Of a DNA stretch of 64,000 bases, positions 1 through 9,030 are shown piece by piece. Below the pieces are notes generated by a model that was given only the letters and a program-made list of their open reading frames with translations, ran no database searches and was not told the origin of the DNA. The position numbers and the translations under genes are program-made. The stretch is from an uncultured Gammaproteobacteria bacterium (GTDB taxonomy: Bacteria; Patescibacteriota; Microgenomatia; Levybacterales; GWA1-39-11). The stretch's first letter is position 1. Every line of letters starts with the position of its first letter. The DNA lies in NCBI GenBank assembly GCA_964531275.1, contig CAZHDZ010000004.1, positions 3,068-67,067 on the forward strand, given 5' to 3'.

Positions 1-156
1 TCGTTCAATTTCTGGATCCAGTACGCGCGCTTCGCGTATAAGATGTCCCATACTAAAAACGGGAATATTTAGCTTCTGGCTTAGGGGAGTTGTTTGGGTT
101 TCTTTGCCTGAAAAGGGTGCTCCTAAAAAAATTATTATTTCGTGGTTATTTTCCAT
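1..156 (-). CDS. Adenylate-kinase-family NMP kinase, N-terminal fragment (gene runs off the window start)
   Basis: The reverse complement of 1..156 begins ATG at 156 and translates MENNHEIIIFLGAPFSGKETQTTPLSQKLNIPVFSMGHLIREA. This has the P-loop GxPxSGKxTQ and overall pattern of adenylate kinases. It overlaps the stop of the upstream gene by 11 nt. Absent from the ORF track because it is truncated by the window edge. Confidence 0.5.
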   Translation of the reverse strand, partial: MENNHEIIIFLGAPFSGKETQTTPLSQKLNIPVFSMGHLIREARVLDPEIER

Positions 157-715
157 ATGACTCTATAAATTTTTCTAAATCTTTTTTAAATACTTCCAAT
201 GTATCATTGCTATCTATATAAGCATCAGCAAGTGCAATGCACAAAGCTGTTTGAAGACCTGTTATTTTCTCATTAACGCCTAAATCACGCAAGTCTAGGC
301 TATTGAAAAGATCTTGGGTAAGATCTTCTCTCCTCTTAAGCTTTTTAAGTCGTTCAAAACGTACATTGCGATCAGCAACTATCGCAAGGAGTGTGCTTCC
401 AGCATGCTGTCTTAATTCTTCAACTTCACCCAAATTGCGAAGTCCATCTACTACAATTTTTTGATCTCTATTTTGATAGAGCGCTTTCTTCATCAAAATT
501 CCTGCACCATACAAATTTCTCATTTCATTACCTAAATCCTGTAAATTTTGACGAGTGAGAGGCAAACCTCTTAGCATAGCCTCTTTTTCAAGAGACGAAG
601 AAAGAGTCACTATGACATAGCCCTTACTCTTAAAATATTCAGCTGCGGTTGTTTTACCGCTTCCAAATGCACCAGTGATACCGATTATTTTGCGTGGAGT
701 GTTTGAAGATTTCAT
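146..715 (-). CDS. P-loop nucleotide kinase (dephospho-CoA kinase/CoaE-like or dNMP-kinase-like)
   Basis: N-terminus IIGITGAFGSGKTT is a Walker A motif in the style of CoaE and small nucleotide kinases. 189 aa. The family assignment is approximate. Confidence 0.45.
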   Translation of the reverse strand: MKSSNTPRKIIGITGAFGSGKTTAAEYFKSKGYVIVTLSSSLEKEAMLRGLPLTRQNLQDLGNEMRNLYGAGILMKKALYQNRDQKIVVDGLRNLGEVEELRQHAGSTLLAIVADRNVRFERLKKLKRREDLTQDLFNSLDLRDLGVNEKITGLQTALCIALADAYIDSNDTLEVFKKDLEKFIESYGK

Positions 716-1273
716 TTAGGAACGCTTCGAAAGCTCTTCCATAATTTTACTATTAATTTCTTCAATAGGCATCTCTCCATCTATATCGATGATCTTTCCT
801 TTATTGCGATAGAACTCAATTACAGGCTCAGTCTTTTCATGAAATTGGTCGATACGCTTCATGATAGCTTTTAAATTATTATCTTCTCTTACCCCCTCGT
901 CATCACGACCTGCAAGTCTCCATAAAGCTTCTTTGTCAGATACTCGCAGATACACAGCAGCAGTAATACCGTTTTGGAATTGCTCTGCTTGTGGCACCGT
1001 TCTTGGAAATCCATCAAGTATGTACCCTTTGTCATATTCGTCTCGCCCAAGATATTCCTGAACTATTTCAAGAGTTTTTTCATCTGATATTAGATATCCG
1101 GCATTCATAGTCTCTTTAATATAGCGGCCCATTGGGGTTTTTTCCTTTGCCATTTCTCGAAAGATATGACCTGAAGATAGATAAGGGACTGATAATTTCT
1201 CTGAAAGAAGGTTACCCTGCGTGGACTTCCCGCTTCCCTGTATTCCAATTAATATTATTTTCATATATAACAA
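716..1273 (-). CDS. adk: Adenylate kinase
   Basis: Motifs ILIGIQGSGKSTQ (P-loop), GYILDGFPRT (NMP-binding) and a lid region. It sits in the canonical position after secY. Confidence 0.85.
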   Translation of the reverse strand: MLYMKIILIGIQGSGKSTQGNLLSEKLSVPYLSSGHIFREMAKEKTPMGRYIKETMNAGYLISDEKTLEIVQEYLGRDEYDKGYILDGFPRTVPQAEQFQNGITAAVYLRVSDKEALWRLAGRDDEGVREDNNLKAIMKRIDQFHEKTEPVIEFYRNKGKIIDIDGEMPIEEINSKIMEELSKRS

Positions 1274-1330
1274 CCTCCTTTTTGACCAAAAATTAACCCA
1301 GCCGGCAGTTGAAGAAAGAAGGTCTCTTTC

Positions 1331-2617
1331 TTACAAGTTGAATCGCTCATATGAGCGAGTAACAAGCTGAGTTTGAAATATTTTTACCGTTTCGATAACG
1401 ACAGACACCACAATAAGAACACTTGTTCCTCCAACCAAAAGAGCTTGGATGCCGGTAAGAGACTGCAAGACATTAGGCAGCACAGCTACGAGTCCCAAGA
1501 ACAAACCCCCAGCAAGAGTTATGCGAGTCACGATATAGTTAAGATAGCCCGCTGTTGGCTTACCTGGCCTAATTCCAGGGATAAATCCTCCACCTTCTTG
1601 TATATCTTCTGCTACTTTTTGAGGGTTTATAACAATCGCAGTATAAAAATAAGTGAATCCAAAAACCATCAAGAAATAAACCACGTTATAAGCAATACTG
1701 GTAGTTGCAAAATTCACAGCTAAAAACTGACCAATTCCTACCAATGCAGGCGTCTTCGAAGCGAGAAAATAATTAGCAAGTAGTGATGGAAGCAGGACTA
1801 ATGAGATAGCAAATATAATAGGAACAACCCCTGCTGAATTAAGCCTTAATGGTAAAAAAGTTTGCTGTGCACTTTCACTCTTTCCACCTCTAATTCTACG
1901 TGCATAAATAACCGGAACTTTCCTAACGGCTTCAGTAACAAATACGATCGCGCCTACAAGGAGCACTCCAGCTCCTCCGATTAATGCGTAATTTAGATAC
2001 TGCTCTGGAGTTGCCGAAAGCAGAACCTGCACTATTCCTGTCGGAAGAGTCCCCACAATTCCAGCGAATATAATCAAAGATATACCATTACCTATATTTT
2101 GCTCAGAGATAAGTTCTCCAATCCACAGTAGAAGCATTGTGCCTGCAACGAGCGTTGCTATAAAAGTTATAAGAAAAAATGGATTCAACTCTGAAATAAG
2201 ACCTTGGCTTCTTAAAAGAGCATACATACCTATAGACTGAAGAATTCCCAGAGGTAGCGTTATATATCGAGTGTATTGATTGATTTTTTGCTTTCCGTAT
2301 TCGCCTTCCTTTTGAAGCTCTTCTAGCTTTGGATAAATTTGGGCTCCCAACTGCATCACAATTGAAGCATAGATATATGGACCTATCCCAACAGCAAGTA
2401 CTGAGAAATTAGCGAGAGTTCCACCACCTAAAAGATTTATAAGACCAAGAAATTGATTTTGATCAAAAAGTGCCTTGAGTTGATTAATATTTACACCGGA
2501 AACTGGTACGTGTGCGAGAAATCTAAATACTAAAAAGAGGCCTAATACAATGAGGGACTTTTTCCTTAAATCTTTATCTTTGAAGATTTTTTTAAGGACT
2601 GCAAAAAACTTGCTCAT
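1331..2617 (-). CDS. secY: Preprotein translocase subunit SecY
   Basis: 428 aa with 10 TM segments. It follows rplO as in the spc operon. SecY-like hydrophobic profile and conserved loops. Confidence 0.95.
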   Translation of the reverse strand: MSKFFAVLKKIFKDKDLRKKSLIVLGLFLVFRFLAHVPVSGVNINQLKALFDQNQFLGLINLLGGGTLANFSVLAVGIGPYIYASIVMQLGAQIYPKLEELQKEGEYGKQKINQYTRYITLPLGILQSIGMYALLRSQGLISELNPFFLITFIATLVAGTMLLLWIGELISEQNIGNGISLIIFAGIVGTLPTGIVQVLLSATPEQYLNYALIGGAGVLLVGAIVFVTEAVRKVPVIYARRIRGGKSESAQQTFLPLRLNSAGVVPIIFAISLVLLPSLLANYFLASKTPALVGIGQFLAVNFATTSIAYNVVYFLMVFGFTYFYTAIVINPQKVAEDIQEGGGFIPGIRPGKPTAGYLNYIVTRITLAGGLFLGLVAVLPNVLQSLTGIQALLVGGTSVLIVVSVVIETVKIFQTQLVTRSYERFNL

Positions 2618-2625
2618 AAATTCGT

Positions 2626-3054
2626 CTATTCTACCGTGCCACCTGCTGCTTCAACTTTCTTACGCGCGAGATTTGAAATAGGAAGTTTTATAGTTAATGG
2701 ATTCTTAAGTTCGCCATTTCCCAAGATCTTTACCCCTAGTTTTTTTGCATCGGCAGACGTCACTATATTATGTTTTATAAGGGTCTCAATATCAACCACA
2801 GCTTTTGCTGGAAGAAGATTTAACGTATTGAAATTAACCACTATCGGCTTCTTGTTAAGAGAAGGATTTCGTCCTTTACCTCTCATGAAAGGAAGTCTTT
2901 TTATAAGTGGAAGTGCTCCTCCTTCAAAAGAAAGTGCTCTTCTACTACGTGCATTTTGGCCCTTTTGCCCTCGTCCTCCAGTCTTACCACGACCAGATCC
3001 ATGACCTTGCCCAAGACGTCTTAATTTTTTTGTTGTTATTTTTTGTAATTCCAT
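2626..3054 (-). CDS. rplO: 50S ribosomal protein L15
   Basis: Gly/Arg-rich N-terminus GQGHGSGRGKTGGRGQKGQ typical of L15. Operon position between rpsE and secY with no L30 gene. Confidence 0.9.
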   Translation of the reverse strand: MELQKITTKKLRRLGQGHGSGRGKTGGRGQKGQNARSRRALSFEGGALPLIKRLPFMRGKGRNPSLNKKPIVVNFNTLNLLPAKAVVDIETLIKHNIVTSADAKKLGVKILGNGELKNPLTIKLPISNLARKKVEAAGGTVE

Positions 3055-3057
3055 ATG

Positions 3058-3495
3058 TTATTTTTTTCCTCCAAGTTCTCGTAGGGCTGCGAATGTTGCA
3101 TGGACATTACTTCCCTTATTCCCTGTTCCTAGAATTTTTGATGAAATGTTATGGATGCCAGCTGCTTCAACAACGCTTCTTACAGCTCCACCAGCGATAA
3201 TACCAGATCCTTGTGGGGCTGGCTTTAGAAGAACCTCAGCTGCACCCTCTTTAACTCTAATAGAGCGTGGAATTGTTCCATTCTCTATAGGCACATCAAT
3301 AAAATGTTTTTTTGCGTAAGCAATAGCTTTTTGGATTGCAGATGAAACATCGGCTGATTTTCCAAGACCTACACCAACTTTTCCTTTTCTGTCTCCAACT
3401 ACAGCCAAAGCTGAAAATCTCATTTTATTTCCACCTTTAGTTTTTTTAGAAACCCTATTAATCTGTACTATTTTTTCTTCGTATTGATTTTCCAT
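3058..3495 (-). CDS. rpsE: 30S ribosomal protein S5
   Basis: MRFSALAVVGDRKGKVGVGLGKS and the C-terminal GTG..GS motifs of S5. Operon context. Confidence 0.92.
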   Translation of the reverse strand: MENQYEEKIVQINRVSKKTKGGNKMRFSALAVVGDRKGKVGVGLGKSADVSSAIQKAIAYAKKHFIDVPIENGTIPRSIRVKEGAAEVLLKPAPQGSGIIAGGAVRSVVEAAGIHNISSKILGTGNKGSNVHATFAALRELGGKK

Positions 3496-3541
3496 AATTT
3501 TTAAAATACTTTGTTTTATTCTAATCGGTATATTTCACCTT

Positions 3542-3880
3542 CTAAAACTTCAGACCTCCTTCTCGTGCTCCATCAGCCAAAGCCTTTACACGTCCATGAT
3601 ATCTGAAAGATCCCTTATCAAAAACTACTTCGCTTACTTTTGCAGCTAGTCCTTTTTGAGCAATTAGCTTTCCAACTTCTGCTGCTTGTTCTGTCTTTGT
3701 TTTTGCTTTTATCTCTTTAGATGAAGCCGAAACAACTGTTATTGCCTTACTGTCATCAATGATCTGTGCGTAAATATTTACGTTTGATCTAAATACGGTA
3801 AGCCTTGGTCTATCTGACACGAAAGCAATCTTTTTTCGTATTCTTTTTATTCTTCTTGTTTTTTTATCTTGACTTTTCAT
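3542..3880 (-). CDS. rplR: 50S ribosomal protein L18
   Basis: [18 protein letters not shown] signature and operon context. Confidence 0.9.
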   Translation of the reverse strand: MKSQDKKTRRIKRIRKKIAFVSDRPRLTVFRSNVNIYAQIIDDSKAITVVSASSKEIKAKTKTEQAAEVGKLIAQKGLAAKVSEVVFDKGSFRYHGRVKALADGAREGGLKF

Positions 3881-3927
3881 ATTTTTTAATTAATACACTT
3901 TGCTTAGTGCGCTAGCACAGGCTGTGC

Positions 3928-4467
3928 TTATGCTGCTTTTGCTGCCTTTCCAGCCTTTCGTCTTATCTTTTCACCTTGATACTTAATTCCTTTAGCTTTG
4001 TATGGATCCGGCGGTCTTACTTTTCTTATTTTGCTTGCTATATCTCCAACAATTTGCTTATCGATTCCCGAAACTGTTATTACGTTGTCCTCTACACTAA
4101 AACTTATATTCTCAGGAGCACTAATTTTTACAGGATGAGAAAATCCCAGATTCAGAACTAAATCCCGTCCATCAACCTTTGCTCTATATCCGACTCCAGA
4201 AAGCTCTAATTTCTTATCAAAACCTTTCGAAACTCCAATCACCATATTCGAAATAAGAGATCTAGTAAGTCCATAGAACTTTTCTAGATGATGAGCTTCA
4301 TGCTCTTTCTTGACGATGATAGTCGCTTCTCCGATTTCAATATCGATTCCTGTAGGAATACTCCAGGCAAGCATGCCTTTTGTTCCAGTTACTGTAACGC
4401 TTTTGCCATCCTTTATGATAGCAACTCCTGCTTCAATTGTTATTGGTTGTTTTCCTATGTTTGACAT
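3928..4467 (-). CDS. rplF: 50S ribosomal protein L6
   Basis: Two-domain L6 pattern (VTVTGTKG ... LSGVGYRA) and operon context. Confidence 0.9.
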   Translation of the reverse strand: MSNIGKQPITIEAGVAIIKDGKSVTVTGTKGMLAWSIPTGIDIEIGEATIIVKKEHEAHHLEKFYGLTRSLISNMVIGVSKGFDKKLELSGVGYRAKVDGRDLVLNLGFSHPVKISAPENISFSVEDNVITVSGIDKQIVGDIASKIRKVRPPDPYKAKGIKYQGEKIRRKAGKAAKAA

Positions 4468-4476
4468 ATATTATTT

Positions 4477-4869
4477 TTAGCTTACTCTAGCTAGTAGTTC
4501 TCCACCTATTCCCATTTTTGATGCTTTTCTGTGTGACATTATCCCCTTTGTTGTTGAAAGAATAGCTAGATCGTATTTTGTTGCAGATCTTAGAGCTTTA
4601 GTCTTATCGACATAGGTATGCACAGATGGCTTTGAGATGATTTTCACATCTTTTAGCGCTGCTACATTCTTTCTATAAAGAAGAGTAGCGGTAACAACGT
4701 TCTGCGCGCCCTCAGTCTTTACCTCTTTAATGTCTTTAATGTAACCCTCATCTTTTAGCACTTGGCCAATAGATAAGATCATCTTTGAATGAGGAAAACT
4801 CATTTCATTTTTATTTGCCATATAGGCATTTTTTATTTGTATTAGAAAACTTGCAACAGGATATGTCAT
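4477..4869 (-). CDS. rpsH: 30S ribosomal protein S8
   Basis: DPIAD-like N-terminus (YPVASFLIQIKNA) and overall S8 pattern. Operon context. Confidence 0.9.
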   Translation of the reverse strand: MTYPVASFLIQIKNAYMANKNEMSFPHSKMILSIGQVLKDEGYIKDIKEVKTEGAQNVVTATLLYRKNVAALKDVKIISKPSVHTYVDKTKALRSATKYDLAILSTTKGIMSHRKASKMGIGGELLARVS

Positions 4870-4882
4870 ATTTTTTTATTAT

Positions 4883-5068
4883 TTACCAACTTGCTTTCTT
4901 TACTCCAGGAAATTCGCCCTTAAGAGCTCTTTCCCTAAAACAAATTCTGCAAATACCAAAGACTCTCATAAAAGCTCTTGTTCTTCCGCAAAGCGCACAC
5001 AAATGTACCTCTCGTGTTTTAAACTTTTGTTTTTTACCTAGCTTTACGATTGTCGATTTTTTTGCCAT
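4883..5068 (-). CDS. rpsZ: 30S ribosomal protein S14 type Z (zinc-binding)
   Basis: 61 aa with [23 protein letters not shown] containing a C4 zinc knuckle. It lies between rplE and rpsH. Confidence 0.9.
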   Translation of the reverse strand: MAKKSTIVKLGKKQKFKTREVHLCALCGRTRAFMRVFGICRICFRERALKGEFPGVKKASW

Positions 5069-5070
5069 AG

Positions 5071-5622
5071 TTAATTTTTAGCTACCTCTTTTACAAATGG
5101 CATCCCCATTGCTTCAAGCAATGCTTTTGCCTTCTCGTCATTTCTTGCATTTGTTACGATAGTTACCTGCAAAGATCTTAGAACATCAACTTTTCCGGAA
5201 TCAATTTCTGGAAAAACGAGCTGTTCGTCAAAGCCAACCGATATATTACCTCTTCCATCGAAAGCTTTCAAGTCGACACCACTAAAATCCTTAACACGAG
5301 GAAATACGATTTTTATTAATTTTTCTAAAAAGTCGTACATTCTCTTGCCTCTCAAAGTTGTTGAAAGACCGATTTTGTCTCCTTCTCTTAACTTAAATGT
5401 TGCGATTGAAGTTCTTGCCTTTGATATTTTTGGCTTTTGACCAGTTATAAGAACTAAGTCTTCAATTGCTTTATCAATGTTTTTTCTATCTTTCAAGAAT
5501 TCTCTTGAACTCATATTAACATTGATTTTAACCACTTTAGGTACCGCCATTATAGACTTTACCTTAAGCTTTTCTTTAAGCTCTTTTGTTATTTTTTCGT
5601 CAATATTCTTTTTAAATTCCAT
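5071..5622 (-). CDS. rplE: 50S ribosomal protein L5
   Basis: 183 aa with the L5 pattern ([18 protein letters not shown]). Operon context. Confidence 0.92.
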   Translation of the reverse strand: MEFKKNIDEKITKELKEKLKVKSIMAVPKVVKINVNMSSREFLKDRKNIDKAIEDLVLITGQKPKISKARTSIATFKLREGDKIGLSTTLRGKRMYDFLEKLIKIVFPRVKDFSGVDLKAFDGRGNISVGFDEQLVFPEIDSGKVDVLRSLQVTIVTNARNDEKAKALLEAMGMPFVKEVAKN

Positions 5623-5703
5623 ATTTTTTTATAGCGTTTAGTTATTAGCGTTTAGCGTATAGTTAATGTTAACTAAACCCTAAACCCTTCTTCATCTATA
5701 CCC

Positions 5704-5817
5704 TTATCCCTGACGCTGTTTATGCCTTGGATTTTCACAAATCACAAGAATTCGTCCTTTTCTTTTAACGATTTTACAATTTAAACAACGTTTTTTTACT
5801 GATGCTTGTACTTTCAT
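5704..5817 (-). CDS. rpmJ: 50S ribosomal protein L36
   Basis: Not in the ORF track because it is under 60 aa. The reverse complement translates [37 protein letters not shown], a 37-aa zinc-ribbon L36 consensus (C..C....C....H). Unusual location between rplX and rplE. Confidence 0.8.
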   Translation of the reverse strand: MKVQASVKKRCLNCKIVKRKGRILVICENPRHKQRQG

Positions 5818-5848
5818 AATTACTTTTGCTTGCAAAAGCAAGCTTTGC

Positions 5849-6163
5849 TTATATTTTCTCCTTACTCATTCGACTAATTCTTTCTTTTTGTCCTTTAACG
5901 ACCTTGTAACCTACTCTAGTTGGCTTTTTCTTTTTTGGGTCAATTAAAGCAACTATGCTTGCGTGAAGTGGCTTTGTAATTGTTACTATTTCAGACTGTT
6001 GCCCCTTCATTCTAGACTTTACGTGTCTTTTGAATTGATTAATGTTCTCAACAACAACCATTCGCTTTAAAGGAAGTACTTTTACAACCTCTCCACTCTT
6101 TCCTTTATCCTTACCCATCATAACCTGTACTATATCGCCTTTTTTAATTTTTAGTGTATTCAT
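5849..6163 (-). CDS. rplX: 50S ribosomal protein L24
   Basis: [25 protein letters not shown] motif. Confidence 0.9.
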   Translation of the reverse strand: MNTLKIKKGDIVQVMMGKDKGKSGEVVKVLPLKRMVVVENINQFKRHVKSRMKGQQSEIVTITKPLHASIVALIDPKKKKPTRVGYKVVKGQKERISRMSKEKI

Positions 6164-6172
6164 ATTTTTTGT

Positions 6173-6544
6173 TTAAACTACGTTCTTTGCTAATGATGCA
6201 ATCTTTGCAAATCCAGCATCTTTTACTTCCCGGGCTACCGGTCCAAATATGCGGGTCCCTAATGGATCTTTTGTTTTTTCATCAATAACAACTCCTGCAT
6301 TCTCAGAAAATCTTATATATGTTCCGTCTAGTCTTCTTTGCTCTTTACATGCCCTTACGAGAACAACCTTTACTTTGTCTCCTTTTTTAAATTGACCATG
6401 AGGAAGAGCTTTTTTAACAACGCATCCTAATATCTCCCCAAGATAGCCAAAACTTCTTTTGGATCCACCATAAATATGGATTACTTGAAGCTGTTTTGCG
6501 CCGCTATTGTCAGCAACTACCAACATTGTTCTATGTTGTACCAT
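6173..6544 (-). CDS. rplN: 50S ribosomal protein L14
   Basis: MVQHRTMLVVADNSGAK is the highly conserved L14 N-terminus. Confidence 0.93.
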   Translation of the reverse strand: MVQHRTMLVVADNSGAKQLQVIHIYGGSKRSFGYLGEILGCVVKKALPHGQFKKGDKVKVVLVRACKEQRRLDGTYIRFSENAGVVIDEKTKDPLGTRIFGPVAREVKDAGFAKIASLAKNVV

Positions 6545-6903
6545 TATTTAGCCGCTCCCTTCTTTATAACTATAAAGTTTTTATTCTTACTCATTGGTTT
6601 TGCCTGTTGTATTACTACAACGTCTCCATCTTTAAGCTCCATACCATTTGTATCAGCCTTAATTCTCTTCGTTACATTAATAAGTTTTCCATAAAGCTTA
6701 TGTGCAACTTTTCTATGAATTGCAACAACTACAGTTTTTTGCATCTTTGTTGATACAACAGTTCCGCTTAATGTTTGTTTAGATGATTTTACTTCCATAG
6801 TCTTTTTTACTGTCTTTTTTTCAACAGTTTTTACTGCTGGTGCTACAACCACCTTCTTTTCTACTTCCTTTTTTGTTATTGCTTTCTTTACTGTTTTTTC
6901 CAT
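6544..6903 (-). CDS. rpsQ: 30S ribosomal protein S17 (with lysine-rich N-terminal extension)
   Basis: The C-terminal 80 aa (TLSGTVVSTKMQKTVVVAI...DGDVVVIQQAKPMSK) match the S17 OB fold. The N-terminal ~35 aa are a K/V-rich extension. Confidence 0.85.
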   Translation of the reverse strand: MEKTVKKAITKKEVEKKVVVAPAVKTVEKKTVKKTMEVKSSKQTLSGTVVSTKMQKTVVVAIHRKVAHKLYGKLINVTKRIKADTNGMELKDGDVVVIQQAKPMSKNKNFIVIKKGAAK

Positions 6904-6908
6904 AGGTA

Positions 6909-7130
6909 TTATTTAGCCTCCACTACTTCTACATTTTTTGGCTTTTGTGAAAGATATGTCAAAACTCTTGCTATATCTTTCTTTTTTCTATAAAGCTTAT
7001 TTGTATCCTCAACTTTTCCGGTCTTCATGTCAATCGAAAGCTTTGATACCTCCGCTCGAAGATCACGAAGCTCTTTTATAAGCTCGTCTGCTGTCTTTGC
7101 TCTCATTTCCTTTTTTTGTTCTTTTTTCAT
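6909..7130 (-). CDS. rpmC: 50S ribosomal protein L29
   Basis: 73-aa coiled-coil protein (ELIKELRDLRAEVSKL) in the L16-S17 position. Confidence 0.85.
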   Translation of the reverse strand: MKKEQKKEMRAKTADELIKELRDLRAEVSKLSIDMKTGKVEDTNKLYRKKKDIARVLTYLSQKPKNVEVVEAK

Positions 7131-7146
7131 AATTAATGTATTAGTT

Positions 7147-7563
7147 TTAAGCTACGTGCTTTTTAACAAAAGTCGATTTAACTGCCAATTTCATTGATGC
7201 AAGCCTTAATGCTTCTTTTGCTAATGATTCTTCGATTCCACCCATTTCAAAAAGCATTTGTCCAGCACCTACAACTGCAACCCAATGATCAACATCACCT
7301 TTTCCTCCACCCATTCTTGTCTCCGGCGGTTTTTTTGTAATAGGCATCGCAGGAAAAATTCTTATCCAAACCCTTCCGCCTCTTTTGATAGAGTGAACAA
7401 TTGCACGTCTTGCTGCCTCAATTTGGCGACTTGAGATGTGCCCTGATTCATCAGCTTGTAATCCAAATTCTCCAAAGCTAACCCTAGTACCCTTCTTTGC
7501 TGGCCCCGGAAGGTTCCTTGGTTTAAATAATTTTCTATATTTTGTTTTTCTAGGTTGTAACAT
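7147..7563 (-). CDS. rplP: 50S ribosomal protein L16
   Basis: [11 protein letters not shown] ... [10 protein letters not shown] pattern. Confidence 0.92.
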   Translation of the reverse strand: MLQPRKTKYRKLFKPRNLPGPAKKGTRVSFGEFGLQADESGHISSRQIEAARRAIVHSIKRGGRVWIRIFPAMPITKKPPETRMGGGKGDVDHWVAVVGAGQMLFEMGGIEESLAKEALRLASMKLAVKSTFVKKHVA

Positions 7564-7612
7564 ATTTTTATAAAACTACTTTTTACGTCACTTGTGACGA
7601 AGAAGTAACAAG

Positions 7613-8257
7613 TTACTTCTTATTGATCCAAACTTTTACTCCAATGTATCCGCTCTTTGTAAGTGATGGTACGCTTGCAAAATCAATATTCTCACGAATA
7701 GTTGAAAGTGAAACTTTTCCAACTTGAGATCTTTCACGTCTTCCAATTTCTGCTCCATTGATTCTTCCTGAAAGAATTATTCTTGCTCCTTTTGCACCAG
7801 ATTGCATCATGCGATCTAATGACTGCTTTACGACTCTTTTAAATGGCATTCTTCGTGCTAACTGATCTGCAATATTTGTTGCAACCAAGTATGCGGAAAG
7901 GTTAGGCTCCTTGATCGGCTCGACCCTTAACTCAATCTTTTGAGACGACTTACCAGTTGCACCAGGCTCTACCAAAAGTTTGACGATTTCCTTCTTAAGC
8001 TCTTCAAGTCCACTTCCCCCACGTCCTATGACAATTCCAGGTCTCATAACATAAATAATGATCTTAATTGAACTTGCTGATCTTTCAGTAATAACATCTC
8101 CAACACCAGCTGGCTTCAACCTCTTCATAAGAGCCTCGCGGATCATAATATCCTTAAGAACAGTCTTTGCGTACATATTCTTTGGATAATATCCAATACT
8201 CTTAAAATCGTGGTGTATACCAAGACGTAGGGCTATTGGATTAACTTTTTGTCCCAT
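7613..8257 (-). CDS. rpsC: 30S ribosomal protein S3
   Basis: MGQKVNPIALRLGI N-terminus and KH domain. Confidence 0.93.
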   Translation of the reverse strand: MGQKVNPIALRLGIHHDFKSIGYYPKNMYAKTVLKDIMIREALMKRLKPAGVGDVITERSASSIKIIIYVMRPGIVIGRGGSGLEELKKEIVKLLVEPGATGKSSQKIELRVEPIKEPNLSAYLVATNIADQLARRMPFKRVVKQSLDRMMQSGAKGARIILSGRINGAEIGRRERSQVGKVSLSTIRENIDFASVPSLTKSGYIGVKVWINKK

Positions 8258-8303
8258 GTTGTTTTATTTAAAACAAGCTTCACTTAGCGTAGCCAAGTTC
8301 TAC

Positions 8304-8729
8304 TTATTTTTTAGCTCCTTTCTTTACTTCTTTTACTGTTGCCGGTTTGGAATCGGTCACCATTGCTGGCGTGATTACTTCTGGTATTTCAATTTTTACA
8401 TTATCTTCTAGCACAACGTTAATATGACTGGTCTTTTTTACATATGGGCGGGTTCTTCCTCGTCCGGCATAATGAAATCTTTTATATGCTATTCCTTCTG
8501 TAACATTAATTGTTTTAATCTTAAGCTCATCCTTCTTTGCAGATTTGTTATTGACTGCATTTGCCACGGCACTATCTAAAGTTTTCTTCAAAGAAACAGC
8601 TCCTCTTTTTCTACTAACCAAAAGAGCTGTTGTTGCTTGACCAATAGAAAGCTTTCTAATGCTGTCAGCAACAAGCCTCACCTTTCTAGGCGAAACTTTA
8701 ATATTTTTAGCGGTTGCAAAGTATTCCAT
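8304..8729 (-). CDS. rplV: 50S ribosomal protein L22
   Basis: AKNIKVSPRKVRLVADSIR N-terminus. C-terminal K-rich tail. Confidence 0.88.
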   Translation of the reverse strand: MEYFATAKNIKVSPRKVRLVADSIRKLSIGQATTALLVSRKRGAVSLKKTLDSAVANAVNNKSAKKDELKIKTINVTEGIAYKRFHYAGRGRTRPYVKKTSHINVVLEDNVKIEIPEVITPAMVTDSKPATVKEVKKGAKK

Positions 8730-8734
8730 ATATA

Positions 8735-9019
8735 TTAAGTCTTACTTATGTCTCTTGCGACGATTCTTCCATGACCTTTAAAGTGACGTGTTAGTGAAAA
8801 TTCTCCAAGTCTATGTCCAACCATTCCCTCAACAATTTTAACGGTTACGAAATTTTTACCGTTATGAACACCAAAAACATGACCTACAAATTCAGGTGGT
8901 ATCTGACAATCGCGAGCCCAAGTTTTGATGGTATCTCGATTGCTACCTTCTTTCTGTACCATTACTTTTTTAAGTAATCGTTCGTTTATTAATGGTCCTT
9001 TTTTTAGTGATCTACTCAT
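8735..9019 (-). CDS. rpsS: 30S ribosomal protein S19
   Basis: MSRSLKKGP...GHVFGVHNGK..GHRLGEF conserved blocks. Confidence 0.92.
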   Translation of the reverse strand: MSRSLKKGPLINERLLKKVMVQKEGSNRDTIKTWARDCQIPPEFVGHVFGVHNGKNFVTVKIVEGMVGHRLGEFSLTRHFKGHGRIVARDISKT

Positions 9020-9030
9020 AATTTAAAAAA

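Noticed and set aside
5681-5697. CCCTAAACCCTAAA reads as plant-type telomeric repeat
   Set aside because: Only two heptamer copies, embedded in a bacterial ribosomal operon. Treated as a coincidental feature of the TTTAG-based repeat element rather than anything telomere-related.
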